Below, one piece after another: positions 22,171-35,433 of a stretch of DNA of 64,000 nucleotides. The DNA lies in contig CM068747.1 in NCBI GenBank assembly GCA_035084275.1, positions 13,950,001-14,014,000 on the forward strand, read 5' to 3'. Made by a program: the position numbers and the translations under genes. The notes under the pieces were generated by a model that was given only the letters and a program-made list of their open reading frames with translations, was not told the DNA's origin and did no database searches. Within the stretch, counting starts at the first letter, position 1. Every line of letters begins with the position of its first letter. This DNA is from Hydrolagus colliei. Lineage: Eukaryota.

Positions 22171-25100
22171 TTAGGGTTTTCTAGACATTTGATTATCAGT
22201 TTTTCTCAGCATCTGAACACCAATTTATTTTGCCATCATTCACAGAAGGGGAAAAAAATAATTGGAGGTGTAATATCCCTTTAAGTAGTTTGTGATGCTC
22301 TGCAATCTACTGCAGTCTGTTGCACAAAACAAGTAGTTTAGAATGACACCAGTAGATTTACCTGATGATAATGGGAGAGATCATTTAGGATTAATCCACA
22401 CTTGAACAAGAATTGATGGTGGTATTCTGAAGATCTCAACGCTCAGGTCAATGTGGGTATGCCTACAAAATGCACAGTATTTACACTTTACATTACATCC
22501 TCTTTGAGAGGGCCTCCTGGTGTGAAAGGCGCTGAATCAAACTTAAGGATTATTACCATGGTCATCATTATTGTTAATAAGAGAATGACATCAAAGTACT
22601 GATGCCTTGCCCAAGTAAACAGAACAGCAATACTTGGATTGGATTTGCTGTCTTTATGCAGAGCTTCAAGAAAAATCTAAATCGTGTTGGCCAACACGGT
22701 AGTCATGGACAAAACAAGCTAGTGCCTAGCTAGAAAATAATGCAAGGGGATACACACTACCCTCCAATTCGCTAATCTCTTATTTAATGATGGTTATGTC
22801 ACTATAAATATAAATCTAAGCTCTGAGCACATCAACCAAATGCTATTTATTTTCAATGGAAGAAACATGACGTGACAAGTACACTTCAAAACTGTACTTT
22901 CCCAAGGCAACTGGAGCTGGGATGCAAGTTTCAGCAAGGAAAGTAAATGCTGTTTTATAAACTGTACAGATGCACTATGGAAGTGTGCATGCCACTAACT
23001 ATCCCTACTGAAATGAGAGACAATAAAGTAATAGTTTGTTTTAAAAAAAACTTAAGATCACATAAATAATAACAACAACAACAAAATTATACTTGTATAG
23101 TGCCTTTCACATCAGGAGGATGTCCCAAGGCGCTGGACAGTCATTGTTTCAGAAACCCATGGATTTAGAAAGTACTAACATCAATTTGCTCAAGTCAGAG
23201 TAACTGACAAATCAATAGCTTTCAAAGTACCCTTCAATCTTGATCATGAAGCGCTCTGAGACGTCGTCCAGTGTGGAGGGCGCTACATAAATCCAAATTG
23301 TTGTTGTATGCAAGATGCTGTTGTTGGATTTTTTTACTTTCAGCAAACAGCAAGTAACTAATGTTGAGAATATAAACTCTCGACATACTGGGTTAAAACC
23401 TAAGACATAGCAAGATTTGTAAATGCAGTATACTAGGTAGCTTTGAGTATCTCATTTAGAGACTTATATATATGTTGTGCAGGCAACAGTAGTTGCCTAC
23501 ACGACAACTTGACATAGTTGAGCATTTCAATTAGTTTGTAAGCCTTCAAAGTCAATCAAAAATATTTCAATCAGTGAGGTTCTGAAAGTCTGTTTGTCCA
23601 ATATTATTTTCATAAAGATTCATTCTGTCAATTGGAGACTGGTTGTGATGGAAGAGGGGGAAATTGAACTCCATTATATTTTCTTTTATCTGTATCAATG
23701 GATTTTGACAGAATAAATATGGTTGGGTAGATTGAAGCCCAGGGCAACAGATGGGAGAACGTTTCAGCATTCAGTTATGAATCTTGTAACTGGTGTTGTA
23801 TGTCGAAAGGCTTAGTCACTACAGATGTTAAACTGGTCGCTGCTCGAGCCAATCAAATTTCTATCAGCTTAAATCAAGAAAAAAGCTCAAGTTCTTGTAC
23901 AATGGAGCAGACATGCTGTTTATAAACAGTAGCTGGGATACTAAATTGGGAGGGTTAATGTTTTAGAAGCCTTTTCCATGCTTCATTGATTGCTTCTGAA
24001 AGTTTTCAAAGTTGCTTCAGACTCTTATTGCTGCAGGCATCATAAGTAACTTTAAAAAAATTGAAGCCATACTAGAAGGGAAAGAAGAAAGCCATTTGCA
24101 CATGAGTGTTCAATAGAATGTGGAAATCCTCAGAAAACCTTTATGAGGAAGCTCTTTAGTTGAAGACTTCTTGTTCTGGTCGAATTACCGATTGGTTGAA
24201 AGACTGCATTAAAACTTTGGGTCTGTACCAAAGATGAATGCAGTTGCAACAAATATTGACAATGAATAATATACACGATCTGTTATTTCCAACAATCTGT
24301 GGTTCAAGTCCTGGGGAACATGGATTTAACGGCAGAACTTGGAAGTTGAGTAAGTTAAGATTGTGTGAGCTGTAGGAAGAGCTTGATTTCCTCTCAACAA
24401 TCTGGAACTTTACCTGACAAGTGCATCTTTCCTAGGAATGTGCTATACCTAATCTCAGTTTTTTCCCCATTCTGAAGAATTAGGACTTAGTATATTTTCT
24501 GTCTTGGAATTAGACTCATCAGTAAGATAGGCCTTCTAGTGAACCAGGAAATTGAAATAAATTGGTGCCATCTGAAAGTCTGTACATAGATAGGCACCAG
24601 GAAAGCCGGTAATTGGTAATAAGAGTGAAATAAAACTAAGAATGTGGTTCACAACAAGGCAGTACTCAAGATTTCATCCAATAAAAAGTGTATGTAACAA
24701 AATGAAGGTTAAAAAGATGGAGTCTCTAGGTATTTGTGCTCTTCCCCCCCTCCCCCCCCCCCCCCCTATTACTAGATACCTGTAATGGAGCCTGGATGAG
24801 TTATAATGTATTGGTTGCATGCTGTCACTTTCTGTATAGTACAGTATTTTGTAATTCTGCCTCTTGCTGGAATCAGACTCCCTGGTAAAGAGAGTCAGGT
24901 AGTCAGACCTATTTTCAGTACTTTTCCTCCCTTCCCAAATTGGATTTCAGGTGTAAATGATGATCCATCTTGAACTCGATATCTGGAAGTAGGGAGGAAA
25001 GCATATCCTCACGAAGTTTGGGAACTGAACAGTCTAACGTAACTTGACCGATTGTACGAGACCACCAAAACATATTTCTCTGCTTATTACACATCTTTAA

Positions 25101-25898
25101 TTTGCTTAGACATAAATTAAAACAATTATGGTTCATAGGAAATGTGACACTCGCAGTAGAACCTCACTAATTGGGTCACTCAAGTGAATGGACAAAAGTT
25201 ATCTACTTAGTGAGATGACCTGAGTAATGAAACAGGTCGGGTGATTTAAGTCACTGATGTAATGCTAAGGGCATTGGTAATGGGCAACGGTGATAAACAT
25301 TCAACAACCATACTTTGCCATCTCAATAAAATAAAGGCAGTGGTTGTCACATTCAAAACAGATCTTCATTATTTAAAGTTCATAGGAGAAGTTAAAATCA
25401 CACCAAATGCTCATTTCTTGAAGAAAGAGTCCAGTATTGTTTGCCTGGTGTGGAGTCCATGATCAAGGCAAAAATCCTCCACCTGTCCCAATAAACCCAG
25501 TGCATCAACGTGAGATGCTCCTCTAATTACTGAGGTGAACCAGCAGATAGGGTGTAGCACAGGCTAAGGTCAACGTGGATGACTTGACACCCTACTGTAT
25601 CAATGAACCAATTCATTTCATCAGACATGAAAAGTTAAATGTTGTAACCTTACTGGCATACAATTATTAGTGCGCAACAAACATATTTGTTGAGTTGCTA
25701 AATATAAGACCAGGGAAACACTTAAGGTATGGAAATAGTGATGCAGGTTTAGAATAATCTGTTAAACAAAGTAAGAGGTATAAAATATCAAATTATTCAA
25801 AATAGTTTGTCATGCCGTGCACTAAGAGTATAGGATGAGCTACAGGGAAATGAATGGCCTTTTCATATTCCTGGCATTTCATATTTTTATCACATTAC

Positions 25899-26001
25899 CT
25901 TCGGAAGAATGAGAGGACATTCCAGGCCACACTTGCATGTTCCATCGGTAAGTAGATATGTTTTAACTTGTTCGATGCAGGCCAACACTGAGCCGTTTGG
26001 A
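25899..26001 (-). CDS. MBD5: MBD5 coding exon 2 (MBD domain core)
   Basis: Acceptor ...cctttag, donor gtaatg. 103 nt encoding (S)[34 protein letters not shown], the MBD5/MBD6-type CKCGLECP motif. Phase joins the previous exon (AG+T = Ser). Confidence 0.97.
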
Positions 26002-26818
26002 CTAAAGGCAAGAGGAAAAACAAGATATTGTAAAGTACATATAAAAGAAAAGAGCTCTGTGATAAACTAGGATGGGAAAAATGTAGGACTTTGTCTGAAA
26101 AGCTGATTCTTATTTCCTGTACATAATTACTAAATTATTTTTTGCCCCCCAAATATACACTCAATTCATTTGATATGTGAATATTATATTATTCTGTGAA
26201 GCGCTTTCAGACATTTCGAAGACGTGATAGGGCTCTATCTCAAATGCAAGGATTATTATTCACACCTGCAGTTTACATACAACTAAACTCCAGATACAAA
26301 GGTTAATGTAGTTTCTAAAAAAAAAGTAGATATTTAAAAAGGACAAACTGTACAACTTTCCAGCGCACAACGTACATGACTTAAAACGGTGACAAATCAC
26401 ACAATATTGAATCATGAATCCAACAGAACCATTGATCAGAGGAGAATTACGTAACTGAATCTCAGAGGAAGTTATATTATGTAGAGTTATGAGTTTCCCT
26501 TTCCCGAAGAAAAAGCAAGTCATACGACTTGTTAGAATGTAATAAGATCTCAACTGCTTCGGTTTGTTTTCTTCTCTGTGTTCTGAGACAATTAGTGATC
26601 AGTAAATCCTTATTTCGACAATTCCAACCCCCCCTAGTTCCCTGTACACATTTAATGGTACCCTTGATCACAATCAATCTAGGCAATGAAAAATTGGATT
26701 CTCAGCTTCGCACATAGATTGTTGAGTTGCACATGTTTTGTTCTTTGTAAACCACATTAAGTGGGCTGGATTCCTTTCTCTTTCTGCCGTGGGACAGTTC
26801 CATTGGCAACCTCTAATA

Positions 26819-29800
26819 CAGTAGTCTCCAGCCATTTTAGGAGACGGATTTACTTTTTGATTTCCGCAAGTCCACTACCACTATTAAAAAAGTTAACAAA
26901 AGTTATAAAAGATTCTACTTGAATGTCTGTTATAATGCTACATCTAACTGCATATTTTACACACATACATAGAAAACATTCTTCCGTTTACCTACCACGT
27001 AAAAGTGTTACAGTAGTGTGATGCCTGACATGGAACTGTTTTTTTTCAAAGTTTAGTTTTTAATGTGAAATAGCCAATCTGACACTGTTTTCTGGATGTC
27101 TATCTGCTACTTGGGGGCACTATTTGGACTTAATGATTTTCATTTGAGAGAAAGCATTCAAGTAGATAGATAAGAGGGAATTAAAGTAATAATCTTTTGC
27201 CTTCCGAGTAGATGACAACAGAAAAGAACACTTTTCTCTGTGAACAATTCCCCAAAAGTCAGTCTTTAGACATAGCTTTCTGCAGAATGTCACTGTGCAT
27301 AATGATTTCCATTTCACTTCACTACTTTAGTCATTTAACATGCTGAAATTTCATAGCAACTCACTAATGTCTACCTGGAGAAATGGATTTTCATCAAACA
27401 TCACAATTGGCTCTATCAACTGAAAGTCTTGAAATTGCCTGTTGGAATTCATTTGGCAGGGTAGTCAGAGGTTCAGAGGAAAGTTCTGGGAGAACCTGGC
27501 TTTGTTTGTCTTAAAATGTTTTCCCTCCATATTTGGGAAGTGCAGCAACACTTTTTGGTTCATTTGCGGAACCCACTCATTTGAACACATTCACTGGGCT
27601 GAGATGCATTCCTATGTGAGATGTCTCCGTCCTTCCCTGTAACTCACAGTTCAATTTGTTGAGATAATAATAATAATAATCCTTGCATTTGATATAGCGC
27701 TTTTCACGTCTTCTAGATGTCTCAAAGCATTTCACTGAATATACTGTAAAGTGAATTGACTGTATATTTGTGGGCGAAACGTGGCAGCCAATTGCGCACA
27801 GCAAGAGATTCTGAAAATCTTTGCAAGATTCTGCCTTGGTTTAAACATCTCAGATAAGTATGGACGATTAATTCACCGGAAAGCTGCATCAAGTACTCTT
27901 TTAAACAAGCCAAAGCTGCAGTGCTCTTACTTGTATTCTTTTAACAATTTGCTTGTGTGAAGTTAATGACTTGCGTTATTCACCCACAAAATATTCAGTG
28001 AATTAACTTTACAGTATTCTGTGAAGCGGTTTGAACAGTCTCCATGACGTGATAATGCCCTACATCAAATACAAGGCTTACTGTTCACCAGTGTGCACTA
28101 GGTAATGAACAAAGAGGGGAATCTTATCCCAATCATAGCAGGTGCTCCATCTGTAGTGATTGACACAAGCTACCAACCAGATTGGAACTTTTCTCTCCAC
28201 CACATATGTTTTAAACTTATTGTTTAAAATGTCATCTCCTCTTGTTCCACCTTTCAACTGTTAAATTGTTACGAATGTGTAGTAGCATCTCAAAATGTCA
28301 GCTTAACAAATAGAATTAGCTGTGGAGTGTCGGTTGTGTCGGTCGATTAATCGAACTGCAATGAAAAGTACTCGTATTGATCCAAATCGTGTACAGTATT
28401 TAGTGATGAAACAGCTCTTTGATAATGATTCCACACGTACGAGTTCTGAATTGCAGCCAATTTTGTCTTTATTTTGAAAGTCTTTCAATAAAGTTTCAGC
28501 TGCCATAATCATTGCTTTACCACTTATGGTCAGTAAACCAGATTTCCAGTTTTGCAACTATATGACGCACTTGGAATGAAGCTTCAGTTCTGGCCTTGTC
28601 TGTGCTGGTTTGGTAAAAACAGATGGCTGTTCCTTCAAAGCTGCTTTGATCTCACCTACTTTGTTCGAAGAGAGCTATTTAATAGAAAATCATCTTTAAA
28701 TTTTTCTTGTAGGGTGATATCTTTCCAAATTAACACTTTTGTATGTTGATATATTTGTACGGCAGAGCAGACATACACACTTCTAATAATAATCCTTGCA
28801 TTTGATAGAGTGCCACTCTAGACGTCTTCTAGACGTCTCAAAGTGTAGTGAGCAAAACACTGTTTCTCTTCAGATGGCCGAGCTATCTTGCCCATTTTTA
28901 ATTTTATTTATGAACAAAAATGTCAACGTCAAAGCTTCTCATGTAACTCTTTCCAAGAGAAATCAAACAAACCTCATGGAGCCTAGAATCTTACTGCAGC
29001 AACTAAAGACTGAACGCAGTTCCACGTACTGGAACTGGTACTCCTCATTATCCGTCGTCTCACTATCCGTTATTTTGATTATACATCGTTTAGAAAATAA
29101 TCACAAAATGCGGTAATTTTACGACAACTGTTGTAAAGTTTAGAAAAAATGTGCACAAATTATGTGCGCAACCAGATCGTAGCGATCAGCTGTGTGGGGA
29201 TGTGATGTGGGGAACGTAGCTCAGCAGCCAACAGGATAATAACGAGTGGCTTCAACTGCTACAAGCAGTCGTACCAGAAGAAAAAACAGCAGTTCAGCAA
29301 ACATGGGAGAGATTTTTTAAATGGCCATCCGCCCCTTCATCTGAAATGAGTCCGTCCCCGCCACTCACCGTTACTGCATCAACCATCTCCAATAAGTTTT
29401 CTCATTGTATTATTATTTAATTGATATATTGGTGCTTATTAAACATTTATTTCAATTCTCAATAATAGTATTCTGGTTTTTGCTCTTTATTTAATATTTG
29501 TGTATATTTGTCTACAAATTTTCCGAGGGAACGTAACCCCTATTTGTATCATCACGACTATGGTAATTTGGGTTTCATTATCAGTTGTTTCAGTTAAAAT
29601 CGGATTTTTCAAGAACACATCTCCAACATTAACTGAGAGTAGTACACGATCAGTAAATACCAGAAAAGGGAGCGATTGAACTGCAAAATTATTTTGTCCA
29701 ATTGAAAACAAAGCCAGGTGCACAAAGTATTCCATGCACCTTAAAATAAAAAACATACCATTTTTAAAAAAAACTTGCAAGGTCAACTTTGGAAGCCTCA

Positions 29801-29843
29801 GAAATCGACTGGTTGATTGAGATTGATTGGTTGGAGACTTCTG
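26819..29843 (-). mobile_element. Decayed hAT transposon (Charlie/SPIN/GTF2IRD2-like transposase pseudogene), interrupted by SINE fragments
   Basis: Ends CAGTAGTCTCCAGCC / GGTTGGAGACTTCTG. Minus-strand peptide relics in correct order: KCVCLLC (about 28780), MIMAAETLLKDFQNKDKI (about 28500), KGGTRGDDI (about 28250), LVSITTDGAPAMIG (28128-28169), LLHFPNM (about 27540), DFWGIV and AFSQMKIIKSK (27120-27260). TSD is poorly preserved. Confidence 0.85.
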
Positions 29844-31727
29844 CTCCTGTTCAAGTGGCTGTCAACAACAATACCTTTTTAAAGAAAAACGTTTTCCCGC
29901 TTTGGCTTTCAATTATTTATTGGTTAAAATGTGGTCATTTAGGATAATATTTGGTAAGCTACTGATACAGACAGTGGAAAGTAACTGAAATGGAAAAATA
30001 ATGATGACGATAATCTGATATTGCACCTTTTCACGTCTTCAAGACACCTCAAAGTGCTTCACGGAATGCACTGTGAATTGAATTGCCTGTGTATTTTTGT
30101 GGCCGAAAGTATGAGCAGAACTGGTGTCAAGCAATAACAGGCCAACTGCTGAACCTGATAAAAACAAATGCATCTAAAAACGGACATGATTTTTCGCTGA
30201 AGTAATGCTCAATCCTGTCCCTAATTTAATGCATCAGGTGAGCCACGGCTAATTCCAGGTTACTATAGCAGGCAACTATGAAGAATAGCTATTGGAGCTA
30301 AAGTATGTGTTGGGTTGGTCCTCACAGATCCAATAACTCAATGACAATATAGCGCAAGTTAGAATTAAGCAAAAATGCAGGTATAATATTTTTTAAATGC
30401 TAAAGAGAAGCACAAAATAAGGTTTTATCCACAGTGTGCTTCAAAGTTATGATGTTGGCCACTGTTATGCAGGAACTATATCACTATATCACTGCTACAT
30501 TCCATATTCATTTCATGTGATTAATGAAAATATATTGTGGATTTTTTTGTGTGTGGAAGGAACCCTTTGTTTGGAGCGTTTTCAGACGCTCTCTTGTGTG
30601 AGGGGTTCGGAAACAAAATGCAAGCTGTTGTCCCCACTTTCAAATCCTGCCAAAAGACCTTCGTTTTTGATTGTGCTTAGTCACTCCCCCTGGCTCAGGG
30701 TCAGTCTCGAGTTCTCCGGGACACTACCCCATGTGATAGGCGCTATATAAATGTAAGTTGTTGTTGTTTACATTTGATCACTTCAAACACTGCAATCTGT
30801 TTTTGAGCTCGTCACCCATTCTCTCCCATCAATCCCTACTTCCAGGTCTGACAACAGCCTGATATACTGCTGCATACAGTATATATATACAGCAGTAAGA
30901 GTATATATATCATGTACAGGTTACGTAACTAACATTCACTCAATTTCCTTGCATATCCTTAATATGACAAGGCAGAATCACCTTTCAAAATAAAACAGGA
31001 AGGCTGAGTGAGTGACATTCAGCATTGTGGTAATAGCTACCATACTAAACAACACTTTCCTTTCCCGCACATACAGCTCAATACCTATTTTTTTGCACAC
31101 AATATCTGTTCTATCACACAATGCTCTCCTGGTTAGCTTGTGTGTTTTTACAAAAGCACATTTATTTTATTGAAAGCTCAGATGGTACAGTGTATGTTTC
31201 ACAACACAGCACTACTGGCACAGCAGGGTGGTGAGGGAGGAGATCCAGTCGATGCATTTCTCCACTCTGTGCGCAGGGAAGGGAAAATATCTGAGTGGAG
31301 GATCGCTACTTAAGAGCCTGTCATTCACTATCTTTCAGTGGCAGAGAATCTAAAAATACATTGGAAAGAAAAGACAGGGTGCTCTTTGTTTGAGCGCAAT
31401 TTTAAAAAAAAGAAATAAAACAAAGAGACATTGATTTGGCTTTACAGCAAAATCATAAACCAGAAGATTCTATAATGCACTGGATCTCTCCCTTGTTCCC
31501 TGTAAACAGTCAGAATAAGATTATGGGCTGAGTGACCACGAAAATTAAAAATGGTAGATTATCTGGAAGGTTCATCAGGATGATTAAAATAAGAGGCGAT
31601 TCCCTCCTTTCCTCTATAGCGGATTACTCCAAATATTCTGCGTACTTAGCCGGCTTGAATTGCAATATTATTCCCGGTGAAGTTAATTTACAATGAGTAA
31701 AATATGTTTTTTGCAAAAAGCCCAGTA

Positions 31728-31952
31728 TCAGCCTGGCTCAGTTGGTTGTGCTCTGGCATCAGACTATGTTGTAGATTCAACTTCCCCATGTCAGGACTTT
31801 GAGCTCCTGTTCTTGGCTTGCACTCCAACACACTGCTGGGGGGGAGCGGTGGGGGGCTGCATTGTTGGAGCTGCAGTCTTTCAGATGAGATTTTAACCCT
31901 ACATCCTAACCGCCTGCTTAGGTCTACCTGTTTGTGCGACATGGCTGCCACA
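31728..31952 (+). mobile_element. Deu-domain SINE, partial
   Basis: GCCTGGCTCAGTTGG head and GCATTGTTGGAGCTGCAGTCTTTCAGATGAGA core. Confidence 0.65.
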
Positions 31953-32134
31953 TTTACCTACAAAATATGCAATAACAAGACTGTAAAATCCCGTTAAGTT
32001 TTATATCAAATATTATCCTTTGATCCCCATCTCCCTTTTTGTGTGTGTTTTTGAGTGCGGCTACAGAAAGGAAATTGGAAACTTTAATTGGTGCAACGTG
32101 TCTAAACATTTCGTAATTACATATAATCCTTGTA

Positions 32135-32459
32135 ATAATAATACTCCTTGCATTTTTGATATAGCGCATTTTCACGTCTTCTAGACGTCTCAAAGCTCTT
32201 CACAGAATATACTGTAAAGTGAACTGACTGTATATTTGTGGGCGAAACACTGCAGCCAATTGTGCACGGCAGTATCCCACAAACAGTCGTGGATTGACAA
32301 TGACCAATTTTATTATTGTGTTTTTTTTTGGAGGGATTATTTATTAGGCGTGTGTGTAGAGTAAGAAAATTTGCCCAAGGTGTACGCCCTGACCTACCCG
32401 GATTCGAACACAGGTCTCATATGCTTGTAAGGCAACTGCTCTAACCACTGAGCTACGGC
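32135..32459 (-). mobile_element. tRNA-derived SINE, short subfamily
   Basis: Full head-body-tail match to the other copies. Confidence 0.85.
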
Positions 32460-33541
32460 AATTACACATGCAAACTTTGGTCCTACCATCCCAGGACAGC
32501 ACAGGTCTTTGGTACGGTACACACTGTTGCCAGATAGAAAAAACGACAGTTTTCTGCTTCTTAGCACATGACTGCATTGAAAAGTGCCACTGGGATGCTC
32601 CAGGGAGAAAAAGCTAGTCAAATTATCAATGCATCCAAAGAATACTTTGGATTAAACAGGAAAGAGACAGAAACACAAATAAAGTTGTCAAGAAAAAGAA
32701 CACAGCTCAGCAGCACCACAGAAGCACAAACAGGTCAGCGTAGTCTGTCCAAGTTGCCAAAATGCTTGATAACCCACTGAATCAGGATACATTTCCACAT
32801 TAGCCCACTCTATAAAGGCAGGCCTTAGCAAATTTTACCGCTTTATGAAAAAAGAGGGATACTCAGAAAAGATTGAGAGAGAGAGTAACACACACAGGTC
32901 AGCCAGCAACAATTTAGAAGAAATCTAGATAATTTAGAAGAAAGATATAGTAAGAAATCAAGGCAGCATACCAATATGCTGTGCTCTGAAGCTCACAAAA
33001 TCAGCATCTCTTGGACAAAAGAGGACTACAATGAAGAACACATGAGCAATATATTTTGCTAGTGGGAGTACACAAAGTTATTGGTCCAATCTATCCAAAC
33101 AGTCATTACACCACCTGAATTCAAAAACAGGCACGCACGCAACATATCAACAAGAATCACACTACATTTGTACAGCATCTTTCACGTCATAATGACTGTT
33201 TACTTTCAGAAATTCCAAGATATTGCATGCTTTGTCACAACATCGACAATTGCCATTTGGATCTCACTAATCCACAGATAGATGTGTATGAGTGTTGGTT
33301 CAGAATACATAACTCGATCTCTCAATCACTGAAGCAAGTACAGAAAATAGGATCTGACGAATTTATCAAATTGTACCACTTTATGAACTTTTCAAAATGT
33401 TTGAATCTAAAGTGAATCACAATGTTAATTGGCTGTTAATGGACATTAATCAGTCGCTGAGGTGCCAAATCCAATCACCCAGAAGCCAATGAAATAATAC
33501 GTTTGAATTTTTCTAATCAAGTATTTTACTACAGATTAGAT

Positions 33542-33741
33542 CAGAGTCGTCCAACCTTTTGGCAGCCGAGGGCTGACGCCCTATTTGAGAAATGTCCGAG
33601 GGCCTCATAAGCAATGTTTTTGCATTCCAGAAAGATAACATAACATTTACGGATTATGGTGGGAGGGGAGTGGGCCAGATGAAATGGAAGGGCGGGAGAG
33701 GGGAATGAAATGATTTACGAGCTGCCAGTTGAACCACCTTG
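33542..33741. mobile_element. Small hAT MITE (200 bp)
   Basis: Degenerate TIRs CAGAGTCGTCCAAC / GTTGAACCACCTTG; 8-bp TSD gattagat / gcttagat. Confidence 0.65.
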
Positions 33742-34394
33742 GCTTAGATCAAGTTTTGAGTTATGAAACAACTTTGGTTTGTTTTATAACTTTTCAACTC
33801 TTTTCCCCTCTTCTTTGGTTACTGGATTCATAGCTCAAAAGCACTCCCCACATCTTATCCTTTAGGCCTTTGTTTCGGTGTGCACTTCATATCTCCAGTC
33901 CTTCAAAATCAACTCTCCTTGCATTCCTCTAAAATTTATCATGTCTTGTTTTAGGTCAAAAGAGGAGGATAAGTTGGCTCAGCTGATTCAGGACTGGAAC
34001 TTGAGAAAAGAGGGTCAAATACTCAACCCTTTAATTGTTTAAGGTCAATAAAATAAAATCCCGTTCAAAATATATTCTCCTTGGGCAAGAGATTAGTGAA
34101 GTCTTCTTGGGAGTTGAACTGATTCTGAAACACAGCTGGCTTAGCTAGCTAGGCAGGTTCAGAGTTCATGGATGACATTTAGAAATGGTAGAAGTATCCT
34201 CAATCATGCAAGCCAAAGCCCTACAGGGCCCGTCTACCCGTGTTAGGGGTCTCATCAGTACTGTATACTGATAAGCTATATACAGTACTTTGTAGGAATA
34301 TCAACCCTGGCTCAGATGGGAGTAGTCTAGCCTCCGAGTCAATAGGTTGTGGGTTCAAGCTCAAGTCAGGGCTTTGAACTCACATTGGCTAGGC

Positions 34395-35433
34395 CAGTGG
34401 CTTCCAAACTCTAAATAGCGGCATGCCCTCCACCCTAACTCAGCAAAGTTTATGTTGCACCCCCACTTCCCCTCCTTCACATTGCATTATTTTCACAGAT
34501 AACAGCAAATTCAATATTTTCTTCACCTGTTTTTAATCAGTTTTAAAATTTTTTTATCAAAAAACATTAAATTGTTAAAAAATTTAATGAAATGAAAAAA
34601 ATTAATAAAGTTGTGAAACCCATTACAGTAAAAGCCCATTTATCTGTGACTTGACCAACCGGAACATCCGTATAAAGAAGTCCCCATCCGATTAACTGGA
34701 TGTTATCCTGCACAATTGCGGTGGCGCATTTAATGAATCTATTGTTGCCTGAGAGTACTGTACAGGTATTTGGGTTTTCTCCTGGTAGAGCCTTAATGTT
34801 GCGCTGCCGGTTTTTTCCCTTGTGTAGCGTCCGCCATTGCAGAAGTTATCGATAGACTGTACACCTCTACCCCAGCATCATGGCTTCAAACTAAGCATCT
34901 ACCAGCAAAGGTGATTTTTAGATGAATAACAAAGGTCTGTTATTATCTGTTATGATTTAGTCTATTATTAATATGGTACGTGTTAAAATAAGTTATTTTT
35001 TGTATTGGGTTTTTGGCATCGGATCCGACTGAATATCCGGCCTGCCGTTTAACTGGCATTGGACAGCTCCTGAGTGTGCAGATAAACGGGATTTTACTGT
35101 ACTTACATTTACAATTTACAACATTTAGAATTTGTTAGTGTGATGTGTGAGCTTGCTTTTTTGCGCAATGTTTCTTCCTGACTGCCTGCCCGGCTCACTC
35201 ACTCGTTGTTGGTTTCACTCGCTGCCGGCTTGCCTCGCTCTCTTGCTGCTGGCCTGGCTCACTCCCAGATCATAGCACCGTTGCGCCCCCTTTCCACTGG
35301 CGAACTACGTATTAACGAACATCGCAACGTTAAGCAGGATTTACTTGTAATAAGAACAATAACGGCCGCCCCCACCCCACCCAACAGTACACGCCCCCCA
35401 AGGGAGGTGCGCCCCACAGTTTGGAAACCACTG
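34395..35433. mobile_element. hAT (Charlie-like) non-autonomous element
   Basis: 16-bp TIRs CAGTGGCTTCCAAACT / AGTTTGGAAACCACTG (15/16); 8-bp TSD ggctaggc / gtctaggc (7/8). Confidence 0.88.
34626..35099 (+). mobile_element. pogo/Tigger-type MITE, single-arm form, nested in a hAT MITE
   Basis: Same TIRs (CAGTAAAAGCCCATTTATC / GATAAACGGGATTTTACTG), TA TSD, one ATGGCTTCAA...AAAGGTGA remnant at 34880, no internal palindrome. Confidence 0.85.

Noticed and set aside
23900-25500. Possible degraded CR1-like LINE fragments (also about 51230-51600)
   Set aside because: Only faint motif resemblance; boundaries could not be supported by eye.
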